This document shows, piece after piece, positions 27,105 to 37,494 of a stretch of 64,000 nucleotides of DNA. Position 1 is the first letter of the stretch. Every line of letters begins with the position of its first letter. The DNA comes from an uncultured Lachnospiraceae bacterium. GTDB lineage: Bacteria; Bacillota; Clostridia; Lachnospirales; Lachnospiraceae. The stretch spans positions 801 through 64,800 of the forward strand of contig CAMWJC010000008.1 of NCBI GenBank assembly GCA_947174495.1, given 5' to 3'. Made by a program: the position numbers and the translations under genes. The notes below the pieces were generated by a model. The model was given only the letters and a program-made list of their open reading frames with translations. It made no database searches and was not told the DNA's origin.

Positions 27105-27611
27105 ATGCATATTATTTTACACCAGCCGGAAATACCGGCAAATACCGGAAATATCGGAAGGACCTGTGTAGCAACCGGCACTTCCCTCCATTTGATCGAG
27201 CCGCTTGGCTTTCGTCTTAATGAAAAGGAAATCAAACGCGCCGGCATGGATTACTGGGAGCATCTGTCTATAACCAGATATATGAACTTTGACGAATTCA
27301 AAGAAAAACATCCTGGAAGCAGGATCTGGATGGCTACCACCAAAGCAAAGCATGTGTACACGGATGTTTCTTTTCATTCGGATGACTATATTATGTTCGG
27401 CAAAGAAAGCGCCGGGATTCCGGAAGAGATTCTACTTGAGTATGAAGAAACCTGTATTCGTATTCCTATGCTGCCCGAAATCCGCTCCTTGAATCTTTCT
27501 AATTCAGTTGCCATTGTTTTATATGAGGCATTACGGCAGCAAAATTTTTCCACCTTGCAGCTGGAAGGAGAGCTTCACAGACTGCACTGGAAATCCGATA
27601 ATATTTCCTGA
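27105..27611 (+). CDS. trmL: tRNA (cytidine/uridine-34 2'-O)-methyltransferase, SPOUT family
   Basis: HQPEIPANTGNIGRTC, RAGMDYW, FGKESAG, RSLNLSNSVAI. Confidence 0.94.
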   Translation: MHIILHQPEIPANTGNIGRTCVATGTSLHLIEPLGFRLNEKEIKRAGMDYWEHLSITRYMNFDEFKEKHPGSRIWMATTKAKHVYTDVSFHSDDYIMFGKESAGIPEEILLEYEETCIRIPMLPEIRSLNLSNSVAIVLYEALRQQNFSTLQLEGELHRLHWKSDNIS

Positions 27612-27676
27612 TTTTTTCCACAAAAAATCCCTCCTTATTCGTATCTTAATAAAAAGATACTAAAGGAGGATTTTTT

Positions 27677-28495
27677 ATGAATAAAAAAACAATTTTACCT
27701 ATTCTGTTAATCACTGCCGTTACCGTTCTATGTACCGCCTGTCAGGGAACATCCTCTTCCGTCCCTCCAGCAGAAGAATCGGTTTCCTCAGAATCCGGGG
27801 CGGACAAGGATATTGTCCTGGATCTGGGAGAAAAGATTTCTTATTATACAGGAAATATTATAAGCGTAAAGAGTTCGGAAGCTGTCAATGTTGTTCCCGA
27901 CATTGCACAAATCGTTTATTCCGTACGGACAGAAGAAAAAACAGCCTCCGCCTGTCAGCAAAATAATGCGGAAGCTGTCTCTCTTGTTATTGCACAGTTA
28001 AAAGAATTGGGGGTTGCCGAAAACTCCATTCAAACCTCTGACTACTACATGCACCCTGTTTATAATTACAGCGGCAGTACTGCCCGGGTTACCGGCTACG
28101 AAGCCACCGCCTCTCTGACCGTATCGGATCTGCCAATTGACGATCTTGATGAAATATTGTCTAAATCCGTGGACGGAGGTATCAATACCATCCAGTCCAT
28201 CACCTATATGGCCAGCAGTTACGATGAGAGCTATCAGGAAGCTCTTCGCAAAGCAGTAGATGCTGCTCATCAAAAGGCACAGGTGTTGGCAGAGGCTTCC
28301 GGACGCAATGTGGGCATCGCTTTAAATATCACAGAGGTAAGTGGCTATTCTGAAGCCCGCTATGATGACACTGCCCGCTCCAATATGCTGATGTCTGTCA
28401 AGGAAGAGATGAAAGCAATGGCAGATACTGCTGGAATCATGCCTGGTGAAATCCAGGTGGAAGCCAGCATCATCGTGGAATATCAAATGTACTAA
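27677..28495 (+). CDS. SIMPL (DUF541) domain lipoprotein
   Basis: Lipobox CTA-C; V.PD.A, IQTS.Y..P.Y.Y, AV..A..KA..LA and PGEI.V.A motifs. Confidence 0.82.
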   Translation: MNKKTILPILLITAVTVLCTACQGTSSSVPPAEESVSSESGADKDIVLDLGEKISYYTGNIISVKSSEAVNVVPDIAQIVYSVRTEEKTASACQQNNAEAVSLVIAQLKELGVAENSIQTSDYYMHPVYNYSGSTARVTGYEATASLTVSDLPIDDLDEILSKSVDGGINTIQSITYMASSYDESYQEALRKAVDAAHQKAQVLAEASGRNVGIALNITEVSGYSEARYDDTARSNMLMSVKEEMKAMADTAGIMPGEIQVEASIIVEYQMY

Positions 28496-29670
28496 ACAGA
28501 CTGCTTTTCGGCCCTGAGTCTGGTAATAAAATCCTGAATCTTATCCAGTGCTATTTTTAAGTTTTCCAGAGAATATGCATAGGAAATTCGAAGGAAGCCT
28601 TCCCCGCAGTCACCAAATGCGGTTCCCGGTACAACAGCTACCTTTTCTTCCCGCAAAAGTCTCTCGGCAAATTCATCACTGCTCATGCCAAATTCCTTAA
28701 TGCAGGGAAATACATAAAATGCACCGTAGGGCTCAAAGCATTCCAGCCCCATTTCACGGAAAGCATTCATCAGAAACCTTCTCCTCTGATTGTAAGATTC
28801 CCTCATGGAAGCCACATCGTCATCGCCGTTTCTAAGCGCCTCCACTGCCGCATACTGACTGGTAGTGGGGGCACACATAATGGCAAACTGATGGATCTTT
28901 ATCATCTGTTCCATAATCTCTTTCGGTGCACATGCATAACCAAGTCTCCATCCAGTCATGGCATAAGCCTTGGAAAATCCATTGATCAGAACCGTTCTCT
29001 CCTGCATACCGGGGATACTTGCAATGGACACGTGTTTATTCTTATAAGTAAGTTCTGCATAGATTTCATCGGAAATCACAAATATATCTTTTTCTCTTAT
29101 GATTTCTGCAATCTCTTCCAGATCACTTTTTTCCATAATGGCTCCCGTAGGATTATTAGGAAATGGAAGGATCAGAATTTTCGTTTTGTCGGTAATGGCT
29201 TCCCGAAGCTCCTGCGCTGTTAATCGGAATTCATTTTCCTCCTTCAGTTCAATAATCACCGGTACCGCATCTGCCATAATCGCACATGGCTCATAGGACA
29301 CATAGCTGGGTTGGGGAATTAGCACTTCTTCACCAGGATTGATCATAGCCCGCAGTGCCAGATCAATTGCCTCCGATCCGCCCACTGTGACAATCACCTC
29401 ATGATTCGCATCATATGAAATGTCCTGAGTTCTTTTTATGTATTTGGTTATCTCTACTTTAAGTTCTTTCAGACCTGCATTCGAGGTGTAAAATGTTCTA
29501 CCTTTTTCCAGTGAATAAATTCCCTCATCGCGGATATGCCATGGTGTGTCAAAGTCCGGCTCCCCTACGCCCAAAGAAATTGCGTCCTTCATCTCACTGA
29601 CAATATCGAAAAATTTTCTGATACCGGAGGGTTTTATTTCAACAATCTTATCTGCTAACGGATTTCTCAT
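28492..29670 (-). CDS. Class I/II PLP aminotransferase (YugH/AlaT-like)
   Basis: PSGIRKFFD, LGVGEPDF, PNNPTG, SDEIY, NGFSKAYAMTGWRLGY; directly downstream of an Lrp gene, as in the yugG-yugH arrangement. Confidence 0.9.
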   Translation of the reverse strand: MRNPLADKIVEIKPSGIRKFFDIVSEMKDAISLGVGEPDFDTPWHIRDEGIYSLEKGRTFYTSNAGLKELKVEITKYIKRTQDISYDANHEVIVTVGGSEAIDLALRAMINPGEEVLIPQPSYVSYEPCAIMADAVPVIIELKEENEFRLTAQELREAITDKTKILILPFPNNPTGAIMEKSDLEEIAEIIREKDIFVISDEIYAELTYKNKHVSIASIPGMQERTVLINGFSKAYAMTGWRLGYACAPKEIMEQMIKIHQFAIMCAPTTSQYAAVEALRNGDDDVASMRESYNQRRRFLMNAFREMGLECFEPYGAFYVFPCIKEFGMSSDEFAERLLREEKVAVVPGTAFGDCGEGFLRISYAYSLENLKIALDKIQDFITRLRAEKQSV

Positions 29671-30149
29671 GGTGTAACTTTCTCCCTTGTATCTTCATAT
29701 TTTTTGGTAAGAATGGTTCCGTGGTCTTTGTACTTTTTCAAAATGAAATGTGTCGCCGTACTTAAGACCCCATCCAGCGTGGAAAGCTTATCGGACACAA
29801 AACTGGAAACTGCTTTTAGAGATTTTCCATCCAGCGTGACCATAAGATCATATCCTCCTGAAATCAAATAAACGCTGTTCACTTCCGGATATTTATAAAT
29901 TCTTTCCGCAATGTTATCGTATCCCTGTCCTCTCTGGGGTGTAATACGCACTTCAATTAGAGCTGTTACCTTCTCAATAGAGGTTTTCTCCCAGTCAATC
30001 ATGGTATGATAACCACAGATAATTCCTTCTTCCTCCATAGCTTTTAATTCGTTGGCAATATCGATCTCCTCTGCACCTAGGATAATCGCCAGCTCTTTTA
30101 AATCGATACGGCTGTTCTTTTCTATGATTGCTAAAATTTGCTCTCTCAT
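29667..30149 (-). CDS. Lrp/AsnC family transcriptional regulator (YugG/AlaR-like)
   Basis: N-terminal HTH; P.RG.GYD.IAERIY..PEV.SVYL.SG.YDL; TATHFILKKYK. Confidence 0.9.
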   Translation of the reverse strand: MREQILAIIEKNSRIDLKELAIILGAEEIDIANELKAMEEEGIICGYHTMIDWEKTSIEKVTALIEVRITPQRGQGYDNIAERIYKYPEVNSVYLISGGYDLMVTLDGKSLKAVSSFVSDKLSTLDGVLSTATHFILKKYKDHGTILTKKYEDTREKVTP

Positions 30150-30161
30150 TCCTTTTCCTCC

Positions 30162-31148
30162 TTAAAAAGATATTTTAAATATTTCATCCGCTGCCGGCAT
30201 TGTCAGATACCTGGTTTCATCCCGGTTGATCACAACCTTATCATTTCCTCCATTTGTCCGCCCGATCACGGAAGCAGAAATTCCCTCTCCTTGCAGTACT
30301 TCCACAAGTCTCTTTCCGTTCTCCGCAGCTATAAGCAATGATCCTCCTGACAACAGCTCATAGGGATTCAAATCATAATATTCACAGATTTCCACTGTTT
30401 CCTGTCTGATCGGAATATCTCTCAAATTTATGGTAAGTCCAACGCCTATTTTTTGGGATAACTCCCACAATGCACCAAAAACACCGCCGTTTCTCACATC
30501 ATGCATTGTATAAACGCCGGACTTAAGGGCTATTGCCGCCTCCGAAGCCACTGAAAGACATTCTTCACAGCTTTTCGCTTTATTGATCAAACGCATTGGA
30601 AAACGTCTTGCAAGCTCTTCCTCCTTTTCCAATGCAAGAATTGCCGTTCCCTCCAATCCGATCCATTTGCTCAGCACAACATCCATATTCGAGACATCAC
30701 CTTTTTTCTGAGCCGAATCATTTCCCACCGTACCTAAGGCCGTTGCTGTAATAACCGGATTTCTGACTGCGGGACTTACCTCCGTATGCCCTCCCGCGAT
30801 CTGTATATGCAGCCTCTCGCAACACCTCTCGGCCTGATTCATTATTTCCTTCAGTAAATCCTCTGAAGCCGCCTCCGGCAATATCAGTGACAGCACCACT
30901 GCCATCGCCTCTGCTCCCGAGGCCGCCAAATTGTTGGCAGCCGCCATGACCGCTAGATAAGTCGCATTTTTTACCGGCAGAGTAATTGTCTGTGTGGAAA
31001 CCCCGGTCATACCGCCAGTGTCTTTCCAAGACAAAAAGGCGCAGTCTCCACCTACTTCTGCACCTTTTATCACTTCTTCTCTATGAGTTTTTATCAATCG
31101 CAATATCGAACGCTTTAAGATACTCTCCGATATTTTCCCTGTTCTCAT
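30162..31148 (-). CDS. AIR synthase (PurM/HypE-like) family protein
   Basis: GKI, GGDCA, NNLAASGA, IAGGHTEV, MHDVRNGGVFGALWE, LLSGGSLL. Confidence 0.82.
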   Translation of the reverse strand: MRTGKISESILKRSILRLIKTHREEVIKGAEVGGDCAFLSWKDTGGMTGVSTQTITLPVKNATYLAVMAAANNLAASGAEAMAVVLSLILPEAASEDLLKEIMNQAERCCERLHIQIAGGHTEVSPAVRNPVITATALGTVGNDSAQKKGDVSNMDVVLSKWIGLEGTAILALEKEEELARRFPMRLINKAKSCEECLSVASEAAIALKSGVYTMHDVRNGGVFGALWELSQKIGVGLTINLRDIPIRQETVEICEYYDLNPYELLSGGSLLIAAENGKRLVEVLQGEGISASVIGRTNGGNDKVVINRDETRYLTMPAADEIFKISF

Positions 31149-31215
31149 TCTGGTATACCTTCTGTAAAAGCCGCCATACTATCTAACATTCTACCGGCAT
31201 TTATTCTATTGGCGG

Positions 31216-32721
31216 TTATTCTGCTGGTACTTCGGCTAGTGGTGCCTCCGCCGGTGCCTCTGCCGGAGGGGGAGCTGCCGCTGCTGCCAAAGCTGCTGCA
31301 ACATTTTTAACATGATCAATATTATTGGTTGCAATCGCTGCCATAATCTCATTATATGCATTGGGATCTCCGGTTGCCACGCCTACCGTTGCCGTTCTCG
31401 GAGCTACCTGATAACTGCTTGAATTAATCTGTTCACGGCTGACCTCCACGCCGTTCTCTGTGACAATCTTCCAAAGATTTGCCTTATATCCGATATGCGC
31501 CGACTGAACCGAAACAGAGCCTACCGGCAGGGATTCATTCACATAAATCACCTCAGAATCCGGATAAGTCGTGCTGACAACCTCACTTTCATAGCGCACC
31601 TGATGGGAACTGTCCCTTGTCTCCATACCATATATAGTAAAGTAAATCTGCTTGTCATCCGTGGTGTATCCCTCAATATAAATGGGCGCTTCCGTATTGT
31701 TTACAAACTTGAAATCCTTCCCCGAAGATTCCGCAATTGCCGCATCCGCTGAAGGATCAACATAAGTTACGATCATGGAATGATTATGCCTTTCCGTAAC
31801 CTCAAGCTCCGACAAGAGTACTGCATTATATAATGTTGTGGATACCTGACAGATCCCGCCGCCCAAGCTATCCACTACCTGTCCGTTCAAATAAGAACCT
31901 GCCATATAATATCCATTTGCCTCAGAAAAGGGCGAAACCATCTCATAAGTAGAAAATTCATCTCCCGGGTACAGCGTCGTCCCATTGATCAGTTCACATC
32001 CGTTCCGCACATTCGCACTTCTCGAAGAACCAGAAGTCTTAAAACTGGTAGAAAAGGTTCCCAGCACGTCCTTAACCTTGGCAAGCTCCTCCTCCGTACC
32101 TCTGGGTTCATCTTCTTTAATGACCAACTGCACAGAATCATTTTCCCTGTTCCATGTCTCATTAAAAAACTGACAAAGAAGCTCCTTGGACGCCTCCTCA
32201 TCCACTACCTTTCCAACCTGCCCGGGTTGTACAATAAATCCTCCTTCGTCTCGAAAAAGAGCAGCATCCACCGCTTCAATATTAAACACTGCACACTGCT
32301 CCGCAAGCACCTGTCCGGCAAGCTCTCTATCGATATCAAAAGCGAGCTCATAGACCACATTCTGATGTTCCAGATCCTTAGCTGCTTTATATCTCTGAAC
32401 AACATTTCCCTTCTGTCCGATCATGGCAGCTTCATCCACTATCTCTTTATTCGTCCAACTAAAGCCGATATCTGCCGGCGTGATCACAACCTCATTTCCA
32501 TCAACAGCCGTCAGTACGATTTCCTTCCCGGAAATCTCCTGCACATAATCTTCGATCATGTCCCTGGCTTCCTTCGCTGTCTTACCTTCTAAAGATATTT
32601 CATCTGCATAAATACCCGGCAATATTTTGTTTTCTTCCTCTGCAAAGGCTCTGCCTCCGGGTATCGTCCATGCGAGAAAACACAGGCTGCCGCATAATAT
32701 TCCTTTAACAAATTTATTCAT
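31216..32721 (-). CDS. Secreted VanW-family protein with putative peptidoglycan-binding domains
   Basis: Signal peptide (AFA-E); R..NV..G...ING..L.PG.EFS, GGGICQVSTTLYNA, RHNHS; Ala/Pro-rich tail. Confidence 0.88.
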   Translation of the reverse strand: MNKFVKGILCGSLCFLAWTIPGGRAFAEEENKILPGIYADEISLEGKTAKEARDMIEDYVQEISGKEIVLTAVDGNEVVITPADIGFSWTNKEIVDEAAMIGQKGNVVQRYKAAKDLEHQNVVYELAFDIDRELAGQVLAEQCAVFNIEAVDAALFRDEGGFIVQPGQVGKVVDEEASKELLCQFFNETWNRENDSVQLVIKEDEPRGTEEELAKVKDVLGTFSTSFKTSGSSRSANVRNGCELINGTTLYPGDEFSTYEMVSPFSEANGYYMAGSYLNGQVVDSLGGGICQVSTTLYNAVLLSELEVTERHNHSMIVTYVDPSADAAIAESSGKDFKFVNNTEAPIYIEGYTTDDKQIYFTIYGMETRDSSHQVRYESEVVSTTYPDSEVIYVNESLPVGSVSVQSAHIGYKANLWKIVTENGVEVSREQINSSSYQVAPRTATVGVATGDPNAYNEIMAAIATNNIDHVKNVAAALAAAAAPPPAEAPAEAPLAEVPAE

Positions 32722-32740
32722 AATTGCTCCTTGGATTGCG

Positions 32741-32848
32741 TTAATACATAAAAGATGCTATAGTTGGAATGATCATAGCCAACACTAATAAAATTACAAT
32801 AATCGCTGACACGATCTTTTTACTTTTTTTGTTAGAAAAATTAAACAT
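32741..32848 (-). CDS. 35-aa single-TM membrane mini-protein (DUF4044/Prli42-like pattern); missing from the ORF track
   Basis: MFNFSNKKSKKIVSAIIVILLVLAMIIPTIASFMY*; GGAGG RBS 6 nt before ATG; 19 nt upstream of the vanW-like start. Confidence 0.75.
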   Translation of the reverse strand: MFNFSNKKSKKIVSAIIVILLVLAMIIPTIASFMY

Positions 32849-32881
32849 TTCGTTCCTCCGATTGTACATCTTTGAAAGGAT

Positions 32882-32910
32882 ATTATATATGAGATTCCCT
32901 TTTTTTGCAA
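32882..32910 (-). promoter_or_regulatory. Sigma-A promoter for mini-protein/vanW, overlapping the start of the divergent gene
   Basis: TTGCAA (32905-32910) - 17 nt - TATAAT (32882-32887). Confidence 0.65.
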
Positions 32911-33497
32911 GCTTTATCGTCTTTTGTATCTGGCTGGGTTACGAAATCCACAAGCACCGCAACATGGATGCCAAAATTTCCGAAGAATTCTGGGCTAAAG
33001 AGGCAGCCGCCAATAATACCAGAAAGAAATCCTTGGAGAATCTGGATTACATCCGGATTCCTTTTGATACTCTCCCTATGGATATTCTTCCAGAGCATTC
33101 CGTGATAAAAGACTGTCAGGAAACTCTGAAAGGTCTGTCCACAGAACCAGTGGTAAATCTGACCGGTATCACTAATACAGACTTAAAGCTTCAATATGGC
33201 GCTCCCAATATCGAGCTTTTATCGCAGTATGACCAACGCTATACTCTTCTTGCGCGTACCCTTCAAACCTGGGCTGAGACTCTATACGAAGAAGGATATC
33301 CGGATGATGCTATAACGATTCTGGAATTTGCCGTCAAAACCCGCACCGATGTAAGCGCTTCCTATAAGCTTCTGTCATCCATCTACCAGGACAAAGGTCA
33401 ATCCGACAAGATCAGGGCTCTGATCCCTGTTGCGGAAAGCCTAAACTCACCTCTCAAAAATAGCATTATCAGGGCTCTGCAAAGCCTCTGTCAATAA
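32889..33497 (+). CDS. Hypothetical membrane-anchored protein with TPR-like C-terminal helices
   Basis: Start MRFPFF with GAAAGGA RBS; N-terminal TM helix; helical A..ILE.AV...Y.LL..IY pattern. Confidence 0.75.
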   Translation: MRFPFFASFIVFCIWLGYEIHKHRNMDAKISEEFWAKEAAANNTRKKSLENLDYIRIPFDTLPMDILPEHSVIKDCQETLKGLSTEPVVNLTGITNTDLKLQYGAPNIELLSQYDQRYTLLARTLQTWAETLYEEGYPDDAITILEFAVKTRTDVSASYKLLSSIYQDKGQSDKIRALIPVAESLNSPLKNSIIRALQSLCQ

Positions 33498-33584
33498 TTC
33501 ATTTTATGCGCTCTTTTACAATATATGCCTATATTTTATATATACCCGGATAAAAATATGGGTCATTCTATACTTGTTGGTAAC

Positions 33585-33609
33585 AAAAAGCTGCCATAGG
33601 CAGCTTTTT
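33585..33609. terminator. Bidirectional intrinsic terminator at the end of dnaJ
   Basis: AAAAAGCTGCC-ATA-GGCAGCTTTTT. Confidence 0.85.
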
Positions 33610-34765
33610 ATTTCCAGAATTTCTTCTTCTTTGAATCTTTTGCATCATTCTTATCGGTCTGAACCTTTTTTGCAGCATTCAGGCTGTCACCGCATAAAGC
33701 ATCAAACTGTTTCAAAAGTTCTTTTGCCTCATGAGAGAGTTTATCCGGTGTCTGCACCACTAATGTCACATAATGGTCACCCCGCACATCCTTATTGCGA
33801 AGCGTGGGAACACCCTTTCCTTTTAATCGGATCTTAGTGTCTGTCTGGGTTCCGGCCTTCACATCATAAATCACTTTGCCGTCAACAGTATCCACTACTA
33901 CCTCTCCGCCTAAAGCCGCAACGGCAAAGGAAATCGGTACGGTAGAATAAATGTTGTAGTCCTGTCTCTGGAAAATGGGATGGCGTCCCACAATCACTTC
34001 TACCAAAAGATCGCCTCTGGGACCTCCGTTTATTCCCGGTTCGCCCTTATCTCTAATGCGAACACTCTGTCCGTTATCAATACCTGCCGGGATGGATACC
34101 TGAATCTTTTTACGATTAGCAATATATCCCGATCCATGACAGTCATCACATTTTTCTTTGATTACTTTACCCGTTCCGCTACACTCTGGACAAGTCTGTA
34201 CATTTCTGACCGTACCAAAGAAGGACTGCTGGGTAAATACCACCTGCCCTTTTCCGCCACATTTCTGACAGGTTTCCGGACTGGTTCCGGGCTTTGCTCC
34301 AGTTCCGCGGCATGTTTTACATTCATCCTTTAAAGTAAGCTCTATTTCCTTTTCAACGCCAAACACAGCCTCTTCAAAAGTAATCCTCACGCTGGTTCTT
34401 ATGTTCGAGCCTTTCATCGGGCCGTTATTGCCCCGGCTTCTGCGTCCGCCGCCAAAGAAATCTCCAAAAATGTCGCCGAATATGTCACTGAAATCTGCAC
34501 TGTTAAAATCAAAACCGCCATATCCGCCGCCGCCCTCAAAGGCTGCGTGCCCAAATTGATCATACTGTTTCTTTTTTTCCGGATCACTCAGGATCGCATA
34601 AGCCTCTGATGCTTCTTTAAATTTTTTCTCAGCTTCTGCATCCCCCGGGTTCATGTCAGGATGATATTTTTTGGCAAGAGCTCTGTATGCTTTTTTAATT
34701 GTGGCATCATCGGCATTCTTGTCTACTCCAAGAACCTCATAATAGTCACGTTTCTGTTCTGCCAT
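33608..34765 (-). CDS. dnaJ: Chaperone DnaJ
   Basis: J domain with HPD, G/F-rich linker, four CxxCxGxG repeats. Confidence 0.98.
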   Translation of the reverse strand: MAEQKRDYYEVLGVDKNADDATIKKAYRALAKKYHPDMNPGDAEAEKKFKEASEAYAILSDPEKKKQYDQFGHAAFEGGGGYGGFDFNSADFSDIFGDIFGDFFGGGRRSRGNNGPMKGSNIRTSVRITFEEAVFGVEKEIELTLKDECKTCRGTGAKPGTSPETCQKCGGKGQVVFTQQSFFGTVRNVQTCPECSGTGKVIKEKCDDCHGSGYIANRKKIQVSIPAGIDNGQSVRIRDKGEPGINGGPRGDLLVEVIVGRHPIFQRQDYNIYSTVPISFAVAALGGEVVVDTVDGKVIYDVKAGTQTDTKIRLKGKGVPTLRNKDVRGDHYVTLVVQTPDKLSHEAKELLKQFDALCGDSLNAAKKVQTDKNDAKDSKKKKFWK

Positions 34766-34890
34766 CTTTGTTCCTCCTGCATACCTTTAGCGAGACATAT
34801 GGTTGCCCATATGCCCCGCCATGTTTATCATAGTTATTTGATACCTGCGGATTGTTTCGCATGGACTTTTAGGCCCTGATATCAAGCATT

Positions 34891-36759
34891 TTACACCTCT
34901 CTATAATCTCCGTCAACCACATCATCTGCGCCTGCATCGGAACCTGCTCCCATGTCGGGGCCTGCGCCCATATCCGGACCTGCTCCGCCTGCCTGCTGCA
35001 TGTTCTCATACATCTTGGTAAACAATGCCTGTGCACTTGTGGTAAGCTTCTCTCTTGCCGCCTTCAGCTCATCGATGTCAGAATCGGACATTTCCTGATC
35101 CTTGGTTCTCTCCAGAATATCCTTTACTGCCTGAACATCAGCTTCAACAGATGCCTTCTCAGAAGCATCAATCTTGTCTCCAACCTCGTTTAATGCCTTC
35201 TCAGTCTGGAATACGAAAGAGTCTGCCTCATTTCTGGTATCAATAGCTTCTTTCCTCTTCTTATCCTGTGCCTCAAACTCTGCTGCTTCCTTTACAGCCT
35301 TATCGATCTCGTCGTCAGACATATTGGAGCTTGCTGTAATGGTGATATGCTGCTCTTTGCCTGTTCCAAGATCCTTTGCAGATACATTTACGATACCGTT
35401 TGCATCAATGTCAAAGGTAACCTCGATCTGAGGAACACCGCGCATTGCCGGAGGAATTCCATCTAATCGGAACTGACCAAGGGATTTATTATCTCTTGCA
35501 AACTGTCTCTCACCCTGCAGAACATTGATATCAACCGCTGTCTGATTATCGGCTGCCGTTGAGAAGATCTGGCTCTTCTTGGTGGGAATGGTTGTATTTC
35601 TTTCAATCAATCTGGTTGCAATACCACCCATAGTCTCAATGGAAAGTGAAAGCGGTGTAACATCCAGAAGAAGGATTTCCCCTGCACCTGCATCACCTGC
35701 AAGCTTACCGCCCTGGATAGAAGCACCAAGAGCTACACATTCATCCGGATTCAGGCTCTTGCTGGGCTCATGACCTGTCAACTGTTTAACTTTATCCTGT
35801 ACGGCAGGAATACGTGTTGATCCGCCAACCAAAAGCACCTGTCCAAGGTCTGAATTGGTAAGTCCCGCATCCTTCATTGCATTCTGTACCGGGACAGCTG
35901 TCTTTTCAACCAGGTCATGTGTCAATTCATCAAATTTTGCTCTGGTAAGGTTCATGTCAAAGTGCTTAGGACCTTCTGCTGTTGCCGTGATGAAAGGAAG
36001 GTTGATGTTTGTGGTTGTAGCGGAAGAAAGTTCCTTCTTTGCCTTTTCTGCTGCTTCTTTCAGTCTCTGAAGAGCCATCTTATCGTTGGATAAGTCAACA
36101 CCCTCTGCCTTCTTAAATTCATCGATCATCCACTGTGTCAGCTTATTGTCAAAGTCATCACCGCCAAGGTGTGTATCACCGTTGGTTGCAAGTACTTCAA
36201 TGACACCGTCACCAATCTCAATAATGGAAACATCAAAGGTACCACCACCTAAGTCATATACCATGATCTTCTGCTCTTTTTCATTGTCAAGACCATATGC
36301 AAGGGCTGCTGCCGTAGGCTCATTGATGATACGCTTTACATCAAGTCCTGCAATCTTACCTGCATCCTTGGTAGCCTGACGCTGTGCGTCATTAAAGTAA
36401 GCGGGAACCGTGATAACTGCCTCTGTTACCTTTTCACCCAGATAGCTCTCTGCGTCTGCTTTCAGCTTCTGAAGGATCATTGCGGAAATCTGCTGAGGTG
36501 AATATTTCTTGCTGTCAATGGTGCGTCCTCTGTCCGTACCCATATCTCTCTTAATTGAAGAAATAGTTTTCTCTGCGTTGGTTACCGCCTGACGCTTTGC
36601 CGGCTCACCGATCAGTCTCTCTCCCGTCTTTGTAAATGCGACTACAGAGGGTGTGGTTCTTGCACCTTCCGCATTTGCAATAACAGTGGGCTTACCGCCC
36701 TCCATAACTGCTACACAACTGTTTGTTGTACCTAAGTCAATACCAATTATTTTGCTCAT
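34891..36759 (-). CDS. dnaK: Chaperone DnaK (Hsp70)
   Basis: [30 protein letters not shown]; AGGAGG RBS. Confidence 0.99.
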   Translation of the reverse strand: MSKIIGIDLGTTNSCVAVMEGGKPTVIANAEGARTTPSVVAFTKTGERLIGEPAKRQAVTNAEKTISSIKRDMGTDRGRTIDSKKYSPQQISAMILQKLKADAESYLGEKVTEAVITVPAYFNDAQRQATKDAGKIAGLDVKRIINEPTAAALAYGLDNEKEQKIMVYDLGGGTFDVSIIEIGDGVIEVLATNGDTHLGGDDFDNKLTQWMIDEFKKAEGVDLSNDKMALQRLKEAAEKAKKELSSATTTNINLPFITATAEGPKHFDMNLTRAKFDELTHDLVEKTAVPVQNAMKDAGLTNSDLGQVLLVGGSTRIPAVQDKVKQLTGHEPSKSLNPDECVALGASIQGGKLAGDAGAGEILLLDVTPLSLSIETMGGIATRLIERNTTIPTKKSQIFSTAADNQTAVDINVLQGERQFARDNKSLGQFRLDGIPPAMRGVPQIEVTFDIDANGIVNVSAKDLGTGKEQHITITASSNMSDDEIDKAVKEAAEFEAQDKKRKEAIDTRNEADSFVFQTEKALNEVGDKIDASEKASVEADVQAVKDILERTKDQEMSDSDIDELKAAREKLTTSAQALFTKMYENMQQAGGAGPDMGAGPDMGAGSDAGADDVVDGDYREV

Positions 36760-36827
36760 AATGATCTCCTCCTTAATATAATTGTTTGGTTTATGCAATA
36801 TTGATGTTAACTGTCTGTTTCATTTAA

Positions 36828-37472
36828 TCAGCTGACAACACCGACCATACTGTGTCTTACTACAGAATCCCGGTAAGTGTATCCCTTTTGAAGTTCCTGA
36901 GCGATGATACCGGATTCATATTCATCACTTTCCACCTGCATTACAGCGTTGTGGAATTCGGGATTGAACTCTTCACCCACTGCCGGAATCGGTTTTACAT
37001 CCATCTTTTCCAGCTCACCCATAAGCTGCTTATAGATCATCTCCATCCCTTCCTCAAAGGCACCGCCTTTTTCCGCTTCAGGGACAGCCGCAAGTCCTCT
37101 CTCGAAATTATCTACCACCGGCAGGATCTTTTCGATAACACTCTTTGCTCCGGTTTCAAACATAGCGGTCTTTTCTCTCTCCGTGCGTTTCCGGAAATTT
37201 TCGAACTCTGCCATCTGGCGCTTTACTCTGTCTTCAAGCTCATCGATCTTTTCCTTTAATGCGTCTTGTTTTTTATCAGCCTTAAACTTTTTCCTGGCTG
37301 CCTTTTTGTCTGCCTTAGAATCTGTAATTTCAGCTTCCTTTCCGGCAGCATCCGCAGAAGCTTCTGTTATTTCCTGTTCCGCTTCAGAATCTGCTTCTTC
37401 CATTACTTCCTGTGCATCAGCACTTTCCTGAACTTCTTCTTCCGGCATATCCTTCTTTATTTCTTCACTCAT
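36828..37472 (-). CDS. grpE: Nucleotide exchange factor GrpE
   Basis: AEFENFRKR, LPVVDNFER, FNPEFHNAV, KGY....VVR..MV.V. Confidence 0.97.
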   Translation of the reverse strand: MSEEIKKDMPEEEVQESADAQEVMEEADSEAEQEITEASADAAGKEAEITDSKADKKAARKKFKADKKQDALKEKIDELEDRVKRQMAEFENFRKRTEREKTAMFETGAKSVIEKILPVVDNFERGLAAVPEAEKGGAFEEGMEMIYKQLMGELEKMDVKPIPAVGEEFNPEFHNAVMQVESDEYESGIIAQELQKGYTYRDSVVRHSMVGVVS

Positions 37473-37494
37473 TTGTCCTCATCCCTTTCGTTTG

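Noticed and set aside
27619-27644. Alternative-sigma (SigI/ECF-like) promoter CACAAAAAA...CGTA before the SIMPL gene
   Set aside because: Motif is too short and the spacing too ambiguous to support without transcription-start data.
30162-31148. Hydrogenase maturation gene hypE
   Set aside because: No C-terminal PRIC cysteine motif and no hyp or hydrogenase genes nearby; kept as generic AIR-synthase family.
31216-32721. Vancomycin-resistance locus
   Set aside because: Stand-alone VanW-domain proteins are common clostridial cell-wall proteins; no vanHAX/vanRS cluster is present.
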